Translations under genes and position numbers: made by a program
NCBI GenBank assembly: GCA_965198115.1
Contig: OZ240241.1
Span: 6,848,001 to 6,912,000, forward strand
Reading direction: 5' to 3'
DNA: 64,000 bases
Origin: Candidatus Latescibacterota bacterium
GTDB lineage: Bacteria > Latescibacterota > UBA2968
Notes under the pieces: model-generated
The model's database searches: none
Seen by the model: only the letters and a program-made list of their open reading frames with translations
What the model was told of the DNA's origin: nothing
Shown: positions 47,222 through 56,510 of the stretch, piece after piece
Position numbering within the stretch: position 1 is the first letter of the stretch
Layout: each line of letters starts with the position of its first letter

Positions 47222-49674
47222 GGTGTTGTCCCTTCAACGAGGTCGAGCAGGAGCGCCTGCGCCTCCCAGTAGTGCGGGGTCCTTTCGAGCAGCGCGACGA
47301 CTTCGCGCCGTGCTCCTTCGCGATCGTCGGCCGCTCGCAACGCTCGGGCGAGGCTCAGACGATGTTCGGTTTGACGTGCGCCGTCGACGGCGATCAGGCG
47401 GCGGTAATCCGCGGCGGCGGTCTCGAAACGCCCCGCTTCTTGCGCGTAACGAGCTCGATCGCCGAGCACGCTCGCGTGGAAAGGAGCGATGGCGAACGCT
47501 CGTGCGATCGATTCGGATGCGGCTGACCAGTTCTTCCTGTCGGCGTGAAGACGGGCGAGACGTCTGGCCTCTTCCCACGCCGTGGGCTGTGTTTCGACGA
47601 TTTCTGATAGGATTCCTTCGAGCGTGTCGGGGTCGGACCCGATTTTCTCGTGGTGGCGGAGGAGCCGACGCAGCGGTACGTTCTCGCCCAGGGCGTCCGG
47701 AAACAGGGCCGCGGCTCTACGGTAGGCGCGTGTGGCGGCCTCCGTATCGCCCTCTTGCGCCGCCCGGTCGCCATCGCTGATAGCCTGAGTATAGGGTCCG
47801 TGGGGGAAGCGGTCGGAAAGGTTGGCGAGAGGGGCGCATCGCACTTCCATATGCTGGGCGAATCCGGTGTCGATCCGATACTCGGTGACGCCGGCCGCTG
47901 TGACGAGGGCTTCCTGTGCGAAGATGCCGTCGGCGATCGCGTCGAGTGTCTTGCGAAGCGCATCGAAGCCGTAGGCGCCCACGTAATGGGTAATGAATTC
48001 GCCAGCGGCAAAGTAACCGAACATCAATTCGTCCATCGAAGCGGGGCGCGTAAAGTAGCGCTCGAGATCGGAGAGGTCGGGATAGCCGTCGGCCACGAGG
48101 GGTGTGAAAGCTGAGTCCAATCTCTGGCCCCAGGTTGGATTGCGCTCGGTTTCCTCGTAGACGGAGATGCCTTCGGACAGCCACCGCGGCATCCGGTTCC
48201 GTGTCTTTTGAAGGGTGATGACGTGAACGAACTCGTGCCAGAGCACCTGTCTCCAATTGGTCGCGCCCGTAGGGCGCGCGCGAGGTGAGTCCATCGTGAT
48301 TAGTCGCCCGAAGCAGATGCCCAGATGGCCGGCGCTTCCCGGGAGGCCGGTGGAGCGAACCATGAAGGCATCGTGATCGCGAAACATCTGAACCCTCACG
48401 GGACGCTCGAGACGGATGTCGTATTTTGTCTCGTAAACGGCTGCAGCTTCCTGGAGCAGAGCGCGCATCGGACCCGACAGTACGTCGGTCTCGAGCGGTG
48501 GCAGCTGGAGGTGCAAGAGGCTGTCGGCGACAGTCGTGAAACCGGTCATGTCGTCCGCCACCTCGAGCAGGTTGAAGGCGTGGACGTTGTAAGGGTCGAT
48601 CTCGAACGCTTTCTCGAGATGGGCGTGGGCATCGTCGTCGAATCCGAGGCGCAATAGATTGAGCGCGAGTTGGAACCGGACGTTGGCGTCATTGCCGTCG
48701 ATTTCGATGGCCGCCCTGAGCATCTGTTCGGCTTCGCTGAACCGGTAATGGCGGGCGGCGATCTCCGCGACGGTTCGGTCGAAGGTCGTGTAGTGAGGGT
48801 TGAAATCGAGTGCGCGACGCCGAATGGTGAGATGGCCTTCGGTGTCGAAGCTGAGGAATCGGGCCGCCGCTTTGAGGGCTAGGGCCTCGAGGTGAACGGC
48901 GTTGATGGCCAGGACGCGATCGGTTTCGGCTTCGGCACGGGCCCATTCCCCCAGGTCGAGATGGCGTCTGGCAACGAGGGTGTGCGTTCGGGGATGGTGC
49001 GGGTTGAGGGCCAAGAGTTTTCTGGCGATCTCGTCGGCTCGGGGGTCTCCGGATTCGTGGTAGGACGCAAGCAGACCGGACAGGGCGTCCTGGTCTTCCG
49101 GATCGACGTCGAGCGCCTGATCGTAGGCTCGGGCAGCAAGGTCGTAGGTTCTGGTGTCGAACGCGAGGTCGCCGATGGCGATGTGGACGCCGAGTGTTTC
49201 GTGTTGACTCTGCAGCCGCCGATAGTGCGCGAGGACGGCCTTGGCGTCCGTTTCCTGGAGCTGATAGAGACGCCCGATGGCCAACCATTCTTTTTCGGAG
49301 ATCGAGGCGTATTCAGCGAGGATCCTCGCCTGAGCAGCGGCGCGGGAGAGCGAGTTTTCCGCGTCTTCTCTCAGGCCGCGGTATCGCTGGTATTCGGCCA
49401 GGGGCACGAAGTCGGACGGCAACGGATGCCGCCGGGCAACGTCGCGCTGAGTTGCGATGGCCTCGTCGACGCGCCCGTTCAGGAAGAGAAGGCTGCCCGC
49501 GTCGCGACGAAGAGAGAGGGTCACGTAGGGCGCTTCGTCGATCTCGCGCTGGACCTCCCGGAGAGCCTGGACGTAATCGCCCTGGCTCCACAGCTGGAGA
49601 TATGCGTCGTCACCGCGCACGGGCGTGCACACAGCTATTAGGGTGGTCAGGAGGGAGAGGCAGATCGACATCAT
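47218..49674 (-). CDS. TPR-repeat protein with gluzincin (peptidase MA-like) domain
   Basis: Signal peptide, many TPR-like helices, GICFG, WHEFVHVIT, PRWLSEGISVYEE. Confidence 0.85.
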   Translation of the reverse strand: MMSICLSLLTTLIAVCTPVRGDDAYLQLWSQGDYVQALREVQREIDEAPYVTLSLRRDAGSLLFLNGRVDEAIATQRDVARRHPLPSDFVPLAEYQRYRGLREDAENSLSRAAAQARILAEYASISEKEWLAIGRLYQLQETDAKAVLAHYRRLQSQHETLGVHIAIGDLAFDTRTYDLAARAYDQALDVDPEDQDALSGLLASYHESGDPRADEIARKLLALNPHHPRTHTLVARRHLDLGEWARAEAETDRVLAINAVHLEALALKAAARFLSFDTEGHLTIRRRALDFNPHYTTFDRTVAEIAARHYRFSEAEQMLRAAIEIDGNDANVRFQLALNLLRLGFDDDAHAHLEKAFEIDPYNVHAFNLLEVADDMTGFTTVADSLLHLQLPPLETDVLSGPMRALLQEAAAVYETKYDIRLERPVRVQMFRDHDAFMVRSTGLPGSAGHLGICFGRLITMDSPRARPTGATNWRQVLWHEFVHVITLQKTRNRMPRWLSEGISVYEETERNPTWGQRLDSAFTPLVADGYPDLSDLERYFTRPASMDELMFGYFAAGEFITHYVGAYGFDALRKTLDAIADGIFAQEALVTAAGVTEYRIDTGFAQHMEVRCAPLANLSDRFPHGPYTQAISDGDRAAQEGDTEAATRAYRRAAALFPDALGENVPLRRLLRHHEKIGSDPDTLEGILSEIVETQPTAWEEARRLARLHADRKNWSAASESIARAFAIAPFHASVLGDRARYAQEAGRFETAAADYRRLIAVDGARQTEHRLSLARALRAADDREGARREVVALLERTPHYWEAQALLLDLVEGTTP

Positions 49675-49735
49675 TCGATGATCCTGGCGTGATGGGCGTG
49701 ATGAGATGGAGCTGAGGGAAAGATATGGAAAACGA

Positions 49736-49829
49736 ATGCCGAGTTCCGAGTACTGAGTTTCGAGTTCCGAGGGGTCTGACGTTCTACGGTTTAAAGGATC
49801 ATCACTCGGAATTCGCTATTCGGAACTCG
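49736..49829. repeat. Two heptamer arrays in inverted orientation (GTTCCGA)n / (TCGGAAC)n
   Basis: atgccga gttccga gtactga gtttcga gttccga (49736-49770); actcgga attcgct attcgga actcg (49804-49829). Confidence 0.8.
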
Positions 49830-49835
49830 TCTCTA

Positions 49836-51001
49836 GTGTCACGTCCCGCGTATAAGCTTCAAAAGTTTATGGACTTTCTCGAGGATTGAATCTGCCGTGG
49901 CGGTCCAGACGAAGGGTGTAGAATTCTCGTTGTAGTGATCAGTGAATTTCTTGATGCAGGCGATCAGGTCCTTGACGCTTCTGAAGGTGCCTCGTCGAAT
50001 GGCTCTTTGGGTGATGATACCGAACCAGATCTCTACCTGGTTCAGCCAGGAGGCATATGTTGGTGTGTAGTGCACGTGATATCGTTTCCGTGAGGCGAGC
50101 CAACGCTTGACGTTCGGGTGCTTGTGCGTGCCGTAATTATCGACGACCAGATGGATGTCGAGATCCTTTGGGACGTTCTTGTCGATGTGCTTGAGGAACT
50201 GAAGGAACTCTTTGTTGCGGTGTCTGGGCTTGCACTGAGTCAGAACTTTGCCGGATGCGATGTTGAGCGCTGCAAAGAGGGTGGTCGTGCCGTTCCGGAT
50301 ATAGCTGTGAGTGACGCCCTCGACGTATCCGAGACCCAAAGGAAGAATCGGTTGTGTCCGTTCGAGTGCTTGAATCTGGCTCTTCTCGTCTACACAGAGC
50401 ACCATCGCGTTGTCCGGTGGGTTCAGGTATAGACCGACGATATCCCTGACTTTCTCGACGAAGAAGGGATCGTTCGACAGTTTGAAGTGCTTCTGTCGAT
50501 GCGGTTGCAGTCCAAAAGCTTTCCATACACGTTGAACCGAGGACTTGGAGAGCCCCGTCTCGTCGGCCATCGAACGACAGGTCCAGTGGGTGGCACCCTT
50601 CGGTTGCTTCTTGAGCGTCTTGTAGATGAGGGAGGAGATCTCTTCGTCGCTGACCGACCGTGGCCCTCCAGGACGCAATTCGTCATACAGTCCCATCAAG
50701 CCTTGCTCGCAGAAGCGACGACGCCACTTGCCGACAGACGCTCCGGACAACCCGACTCGTTCCGCGATCTCCTGATTGGTCAGACCGCAATCGCTCATCA
50801 AGACGATCTTCGCGCGACGCACCAAAGCGTGAGACATGCTACGCGAACGAGACAATGACTCGAGTTGATCGTGGACCTCATCACTGATGTTCAGTGGCTG
50901 TAACGGACGACCTCTAGCCATCGGTTCCTCCCAAGAATGAGTGCTTGAGGAACCATACGACAGAATCGAATATTTTTCTAGTTATTCCTGGGACGTGACA
51001 C
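49836..51001 (-). mobile_element. IS630-family insertion sequence
   Basis: IRs GTGTCACGTCCC / GGGACGTGACAC flanked by a duplicated TA in a CTAG context. Confidence 0.93.
49839..50921 (-). CDS. IS630 family transposase
   Basis: HTH region, THWTCRSMA, CVDEKSQIQAL, VVDNYGTHK, SWLNQVEIWF. Confidence 0.95.
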   Translation of the reverse strand: MARGRPLQPLNISDEVHDQLESLSRSRSMSHALVRRAKIVLMSDCGLTNQEIAERVGLSGASVGKWRRRFCEQGLMGLYDELRPGGPRSVSDEEISSLIYKTLKKQPKGATHWTCRSMADETGLSKSSVQRVWKAFGLQPHRQKHFKLSNDPFFVEKVRDIVGLYLNPPDNAMVLCVDEKSQIQALERTQPILPLGLGYVEGVTHSYIRNGTTTLFAALNIASGKVLTQCKPRHRNKEFLQFLKHIDKNVPKDLDIHLVVDNYGTHKHPNVKRWLASRKRYHVHYTPTYASWLNQVEIWFGIITQRAIRRGTFRSVKDLIACIKKFTDHYNENSTPFVWTATADSILEKVHKLLKLIRGT

Positions 51002-51747
51002 TAGTTCCTCTTCTTCCATTCTTCGTATTCGGCTCTGGCCTCGTCGGTCAGGGGATAGTACTTGCGGAGGTCGCCGCCTGCGAGAAGACGCTCCCGACTG
51101 AAGACTTCCCATTCGGCGTGTTCACCGGCTTTTTCGGCGAGTTCGGGGGCAAGGGCGATGGGGACGACGACGGCGCCATCGTCGTCGGCGATGATGATGT
51201 CGCCAGGCATCACGAGGACGCCACCACAGCCGATCGGACAGTTCACGCCCGACGGCCAGATGTTCGTTTGCGTGTGGAAGTTGGGCGTGAAGCCGCGGGT
51301 CCACAGCGGGAGGTTCAGGGCTTTGACATTTGGGTAATCGCGAATGCAGCCGTCGACGATGACACCGGCTCCACCCCGGCCCTTGAAGTAGGTGAGCATC
51401 ATGTCGCCGAAGACGCCGCTGGTCATATCACTCCGCGCATCGACGACGACGATATCGCCGGGCTGAGCATGGTAGAGGGCGTGGCGATGGAGCTGGCGCT
51501 CGGGTCCTGAGTACTCGCCCGGCTTGTGGAGATCCTCGCGCTTCGGCAGGAATTGGAGAGTGATGGCCGGTCCGACGATGCTGGCGCCCGCGAGTCGGGG
51601 TAAGGGGCCGATCAGATGCGGGTTGCGCACGCCGAGTTTGGCGAGTTCACCGCTGGCCGTTGCGGCACCGATGTCTTGGAGCACTTCGATTAGCGCCCTG
51701 TCGGGTCGTTCGATGTCGGGTGTGACGATGGGAGGGAGGTCGGACAC
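51001..51747 (-). CDS. RraA/HMG-aldolase family protein
   Basis: GTG start with GAGGAG RBS; VGPAITL, PGDIVVVD, GDMM, DGCIRD, PGDIIIADDDG. Confidence 0.88.
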   Translation of the reverse strand: MSDLPPIVTPDIERPDRALIEVLQDIGAATASGELAKLGVRNPHLIGPLPRLAGASIVGPAITLQFLPKREDLHKPGEYSGPERQLHRHALYHAQPGDIVVVDARSDMTSGVFGDMMLTYFKGRGGAGVIVDGCIRDYPNVKALNLPLWTRGFTPNFHTQTNIWPSGVNCPIGCGGVLVMPGDIIIADDDGAVVVPIALAPELAEKAGEHAEWEVFSRERLLAGGDLRKYYPLTDEARAEYEEWKKRN

Positions 51748-51939
51748 GGTGGCTCCTCGGTGGGTGGTGGATTCCGTTGTGGGCGTAAAGTAGCACATTG
51801 ACGAATTCGATTCCAACGTCTGGATTTCTGATGGCGAACCATCCTCCGCCGGGGCGTTTGCGGAGGTGTTGACAGTCATCCACAGCAGCGTACCGTAGAG
51901 ATCGATCATTTACGCAGGAAATTTTCTCGGAGGATTTGG

Positions 51940-53208
51940 ATGGCGAACGATCTGGCAATCGACGGGGGCCGCCCGGCCGTTCAGGCGGCCGTCAACGACG
52001 CGTGGGAGGACGTGACCGAGGTCGAACGATCCTTCGTGGACAGCGTGCTGAACGACATCGGCAACGCCTACGAGCAGAACGATCTGTTCGAAGCGGAGTT
52101 TCGTGCGTTCGTCGGAACAAAGCACGCGCTGGTTATGTGCAATGGTACGGCGATCATCCACGCTGCCATCTTCGCGTCGGGTGCACGGGCGGGAAAGGAA
52201 GTGATCGTGCCTTCGGTGACGTGGCACGCGTCGATTTCGCCGATCCTGCACTGCGGCGCGACGCCTGTGTTCTGCGACGCGGATCCGGAAACATACTGCA
52301 TCGACCCCAAGGACGCGGAGGCGAAGATCACCGATCGAACCTGCGCGATCGTGGCCACACACGTTTACGGGAATCCGGCGGATCTGGATGCGCTGGTGGA
52401 TCTGGTGGCTGGGACGGACATCGTGTTGATCGAGGATGCTTCGCACGCCCACGGCGCGCTCTGGTCGGGCAAGACGATCGGGTCCATCGGCCATATCGGG
52501 TGCTTCAGCCTGCAGAAGAGCAAGCCGATCAACGCGATCGAGGCGGGCGTGGCGACAACGGATAGCGATGATTTGTACGACAAGATGCTGGCGGTCGGTC
52601 AGTACGGGCGCTGCGGGAGTCTTTGGCAAACTGAGCGGTTCACGGCGCTCAAGGCGATGGGGCTAGGCGTCAAGTATCGAGCGAATCCGTTAGGGACAGC
52701 GCTGGCGCGGGCGGGTCTTCAACGCCTACCGGAGTTGAATTCGAAGCGTGCGTCGTGGTTCGAGCGAATGGATGCGAGTCTGGGTGCGATCGATGGCGTT
52801 TCCCACCAGCGCACCTACGAGCAAGCACGGCGTGGTGGGATGCTGCTCTACACTGGACGCGTCGATCCGGACGTGATCGGAGCGCCGGCGGATGCCGTCT
52901 TCGAGGCGCTCAGAGCCGAAGGGGTCCGGCTCAACAGTAAGACGCTCTACGGGGTGATGCACCTTCAACCTCTGTTCACGGATTTCCCGTTCGAAGGATT
53001 GGGCGGTCCCTGGGGTGACTCCACTTCGGACAATCGCGCGCCGGTCGTTCCGGGCACGCTGCCGGCGAGCGAGGCGATTCAGGACACCGGTTACTAGCTT
53101 TCCACGCCGGTCGATCCTGATCCGGAGTGGGTGGATCAGGTGGGAGAAGCGTTCAAGAAGGTGGCGACGCAGGGAGGCCGCGTGGCCGAATGGTTCCGGA
53201 ACCGCTGA
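51940..53208 (+). CDS. DegT/DnrJ/EryC1/StrS family PLP aminotransferase with an internal TAG at 53095
   Basis: NGTA, THVYG, IEDASHAHG, FSLQKSK, EAG; the frame continues 36 codons after the TAG to TGA 53208. Confidence 0.85.
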
Positions 53209-53249
53209 TTTCGACCATCGGATCACTTTCAGATGAGGGAGTTTACAGG

Positions 53250-54386
53250 GTGAAAGTCGCTAGCCAAACAGATGATGCGACGAGAGATTATGTTCGCGAG
53301 GGTGAACGAATCGCCTCTGGGCTCGGAAACCGGGGCCCGATCCGTTTCAATGACGACGGGACGTTGGGTAAGGATATTCTGGACGCCTACTGGCGATTCG
53401 GCTTTTACGTGTTCGAAGGGGTTTTGGGCGATGAAGAGCTCGACGACCTGAGGTCGGATCTGGAGGCCGCCTTCGAACGGGCACCGTATACGAAAGACGC
53501 GGAGGTCGATTCGAAGGGTAGGACGGCGCTCGGGTCCGATTTCGCGCGACCGACGTTTCGTTTTGTCAAACCCCTGAGCGACCCGATGGGCGGTACGTCG
53601 GCCAGCAACGGCCGCCACCCTGCTAAAATGTCCGAACCGGAGCCGCCGAGCGACGCGCCCGAATATATTATTTCCTCGATCGGGTCTCCGCTGCAGGTGA
53701 TGGATGCCGCCCTTCGATTGTATGGTCACCCGGATTTGCTTCGGATTGCGGAGCTGATCAACGGCCCCGATTTTACGCCGTTCACCGAGTCGATCATCGT
53801 GAAGCCTGAAGGGTTGGGTGCGTCTGTGGCGTGGCATCAAGACGGTACGACTCTGTGGGATCGACCCGAATGGGACGAAGGCACCCACGGGTTCAACTTT
53901 ATGGCTCAGCTCTACGGCAGCACGGCGGAAAATGGCGTGTGGGTGATTCCGGGGTCTCACAAAGAAGGCAAGATCGATATCAAGGCAAGGGTCGAAGCGA
54001 ACGGATCCGACCGGTTGCCTGGCGCGGTCCCAATGGTGTGCGATGCGGGCGATGTGGTGATGGCCAATCGCCAGACCCTTCACGGTTCGTTCGCCAACAC
54101 GTCACCCGACAAGCGTATGACGATCAACTTCGGATTCCATCGCCGGAGGTCCGTCTTCGGCGTTCGGAGGAAGGTGGGAGACGAGGAGGTCTTTTACGAT
54201 GAGGAACGGATCGTGGAACGATCTCGTCTGATCACCCTGGCCATCGACGCCCGTCACCAGCGGTTTCCGCACGAGACAAGCTTCACGTATCAGCCACTGG
54301 CGGGACAAGAAGACGCGAATCGCTGGAACGAAGAGACCAGGGAGTCGATCTTAAAGGACTATAACCTCCGAGATCTCGGTCTGTAG
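53250..54386 (+). CDS. PhyH-family dioxygenase
   Basis: GFYVFEGVL, WHQD, VIPGSHK, AGDVVM..TLHGSF, RMT. Confidence 0.9.
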   Translation: MKVASQTDDATRDYVREGERIASGLGNRGPIRFNDDGTLGKDILDAYWRFGFYVFEGVLGDEELDDLRSDLEAAFERAPYTKDAEVDSKGRTALGSDFARPTFRFVKPLSDPMGGTSASNGRHPAKMSEPEPPSDAPEYIISSIGSPLQVMDAALRLYGHPDLLRIAELINGPDFTPFTESIIVKPEGLGASVAWHQDGTTLWDRPEWDEGTHGFNFMAQLYGSTAENGVWVIPGSHKEGKIDIKARVEANGSDRLPGAVPMVCDAGDVVMANRQTLHGSFANTSPDKRMTINFGFHRRRSVFGVRRKVGDEEVFYDEERIVERSRLITLAIDARHQRFPHETSFTYQPLAGQEDANRWNEETRESILKDYNLRDLGL

Positions 54387-54412
54387 TCAATCAGTTGTCA
54401 GCACTCAAATCG

Positions 54413-54445
54413 AAACGCCCGGGCATTTTCGCCTGGGCGTTTTGT
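54413..54445. terminator. Rho-independent terminator between convergent genes
   Basis: aaacgcccgggc-attttc-gcctgggcgttt followed by T residues. Confidence 0.7.
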
Positions 54446-54479
54446 ATTGCGCTGCGGACGACTTCCGAGCGCGAATGCG

Positions 54480-54579
54480 TTGTCACCCCGGTACGCTTCC
54501 TGGCCGGGGTCCACTCCGGCTTCGCGTAACCGTTGGTCTGTGAAAATAGATCCCGGCCTGAAGATTACCGGGATGGCAA
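54480..54579. repeat. Inverted dimer of family-B REP-like hairpins (REPIN-like)
   Basis: ttgtcaccccggtacgcttcctggccggggtcca ... agatcccggcctgaagattaccgggatggcaa. Confidence 0.75.
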
Positions 54580-54582
54580 AGC

Positions 54583-55293
54583 TCACGCGCGTTCACAGAC
54601 CTCGCGATAGGTCCGTGGCAAAAGACCCTCGACCTTCTTGAACGTCGCGGTCAACTGGCGATAGTTGCGGAATCCACATTTGTCTGCGATGGTGTAGAGC
54701 GGATCGTCGCCGGTTTTGATGAGTTGCTTCGCCCGATTGACACGGTGTTCGGCCAGGCACCGCTTGAAGGTGGTGCCCAGATGATCCTTGAACAATTTGG
54801 AGACGTAGCGCGGTGAGATCTTGAAGTGGTCGCACAGGTGGTCGATGCAGAGCGTCTGGTCGAAGGCGTGGTCCTTGACGTAGGCTTCTAGCCGCTCGGC
54901 CAAGGTGTTCGATGTGGGATACCGTCCGTCGAGGAGCCGCCTGACGATAGTGAGCAGTTCTTCGAGTTTGAACGGCTTGCGGAGGAAATCTCGTGCCCCA
55001 CGGCGCATCGCGAGGACGGCCGATTCGACGGTGGCGTAGCCGGTGAGGATGATGATGTCCGTGTCGAGCCCGAGTTGCTGGACGGCCTTGAGGATGTTCA
55101 GGGCGTCCAGGCCGGGCATCCGCAAATCGAGTACGGCGACGTCGACATCACCCGGCTTGAGGGCTTCGAGGGCGTGCTCCCCGTCCTGGGCTGTGACGAT
55201 GTCCCACGGCTCTCTGGACAACCGCATCGAGAGGAACTCGAGCAACTCGAGCTCATCGTCGGCGATTAAGATCTTGGGTTTTTCCTGGCTCAT
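54583..55293 (-). CDS. Response regulator, REC plus AraC-type HTH
   Basis: ILIADDE, LDLRMPG, LTG, KP; ISPRYVSKLFK, IADKCGF. Confidence 0.92.
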   Translation of the reverse strand: MSQEKPKILIADDELELLEFLSMRLSREPWDIVTAQDGEHALEALKPGDVDVAVLDLRMPGLDALNILKAVQQLGLDTDIIILTGYATVESAVLAMRRGARDFLRKPFKLEELLTIVRRLLDGRYPTSNTLAERLEAYVKDHAFDQTLCIDHLCDHFKISPRYVSKLFKDHLGTTFKRCLAEHRVNRAKQLIKTGDDPLYTIADKCGFRNYRQLTATFKKVEGLLPRTYREVCERA

Positions 55294-55332
55294 TGTGCAG
55301 TGATAGGGCTTTAAGTCCTGAAAATTTAAGAT

Positions 55333-55362
55333 ATTGTACCTTGCCTTGGCGGACAAAGACAA
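55333..55362 (-). promoter_or_regulatory. Putative sigma70 promoter
   Basis: TTGTCT-18 bp-TACAAT on the minus strand in an AT-rich gap. Confidence 0.45.
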
Positions 55363-55400
55363 AAGTATCTGGTTTCAGGGCATTTAGCAGCGTTTAAGCC

Positions 55401-56380
55401 CTACCGACGGGCAAACGCGTATTCCAGAGCCAGATGGATGACCGAAAGGTCGGCTGGTTTGGTGAAGAAATCGCGGGCGCCAGCATCGGTCGCCCGGCTG
55501 GCGAGGGTCTCGTCCCCGAGGGCGGTCAGGACGAATGGAATGGGGGGTGTGCGGACGTTCGCGATGCGCTCGAGCAGCTCCAGACCGCCGAGTCCAGGCA
55601 TCCTCAAATCGACGATGACGGCGTCGAATGTGCGCCGTGTGATGAGGTCGAGGGCGTCCAGACCGCCTGTGGCCGACTCCGTCTCGTAGCCGAGGTTGCG
55701 GAGGGCCAGAGCGAGGGTCTCGGCCACCGTCGGATCATCGTCGACGATGAGGACGGATTCCGACGGTTGTGTATCGGAGAGAAAGGGTTCGCGGGCGGCT
55801 CTGGCGACATCGTCGCCCAGGAGAAGGTCGATGCAGCCCTGAATGACGTGCAGGAGATCGGATGTCTTGAATGGTTTGGACAGGTAATAGGAGGCGCCCG
55901 ATTGAAGGATAGCTTCGTTCACCATTCCAGCCGTTCCGAATGCCGAGGCCAGGATCACACGCGTGCCTGGCGAGGCAGTCTTGATGCCACGCAGCACTTC
56001 GATTCCGGACACATACCTGCTGGGAGAAGACCTTCGCCGTCGGAGAGTTTGATGTCGACGACGGCGATGCTGACTGGATGCGAAGCGAGGTCGCCTAAAA
56101 TCTGCTCGCCCGTGGGATAGCATCGGATCGCCGATTCGGGGTAGCCCCAGCTGGTCAGTGTCTCGTGAATAATGGCGACGACGTCGGGGTCGTCTTCTAC
56201 GACGACGAGGCTGGGGGGATGGTAGGGGAAGTCGAAACGTGGAGGCGTGTGAAGCGGGCGTGGAGGGTCAGATCGCACATCCAGACGATCGAGCAGCACT
56301 TCGAGGTCTGCGTAGGAGGCTGGCGGCAGGTCTCGTTCGACGGCGTGTCGGTAACAGGCGAGGCTGAGTTCGTGCGACAC
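55401..56380 (-). CDS. Tandem-receiver (REC-REC) protein, frameshifted at about 56025
   Basis: VVEDDPD..VDIKL in one frame; SGIEVL..SKPF and IVDDD..DLRMPG..TKP in the other. Confidence 0.75.
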
Positions 56381-56510
56381 GAGTTCATCCCGTGCGAGTG
56401 GTGGAGCCCCCTGAAGAAGCTACCCAGCCCTGTTGCATTATGCAATCGGGATTCGGCCTGGTCACTCGCCCGCTGCCAACTCCGACGCACAGTTCGAGCG
56501 GATCGTCGGG

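Noticed and set aside
1302-49829. CRISPR array interpretation of the repeats
   Set aside because: Units are 7-9 nt tandem repeats or isolated hairpins, with no repeat-spacer periodicity and no cas genes.
53095-53097. Pyrrolysine or genome-wide TAG reassignment
   Set aside because: TAG terminates many intact genes here and no pyl genes are present in the window.
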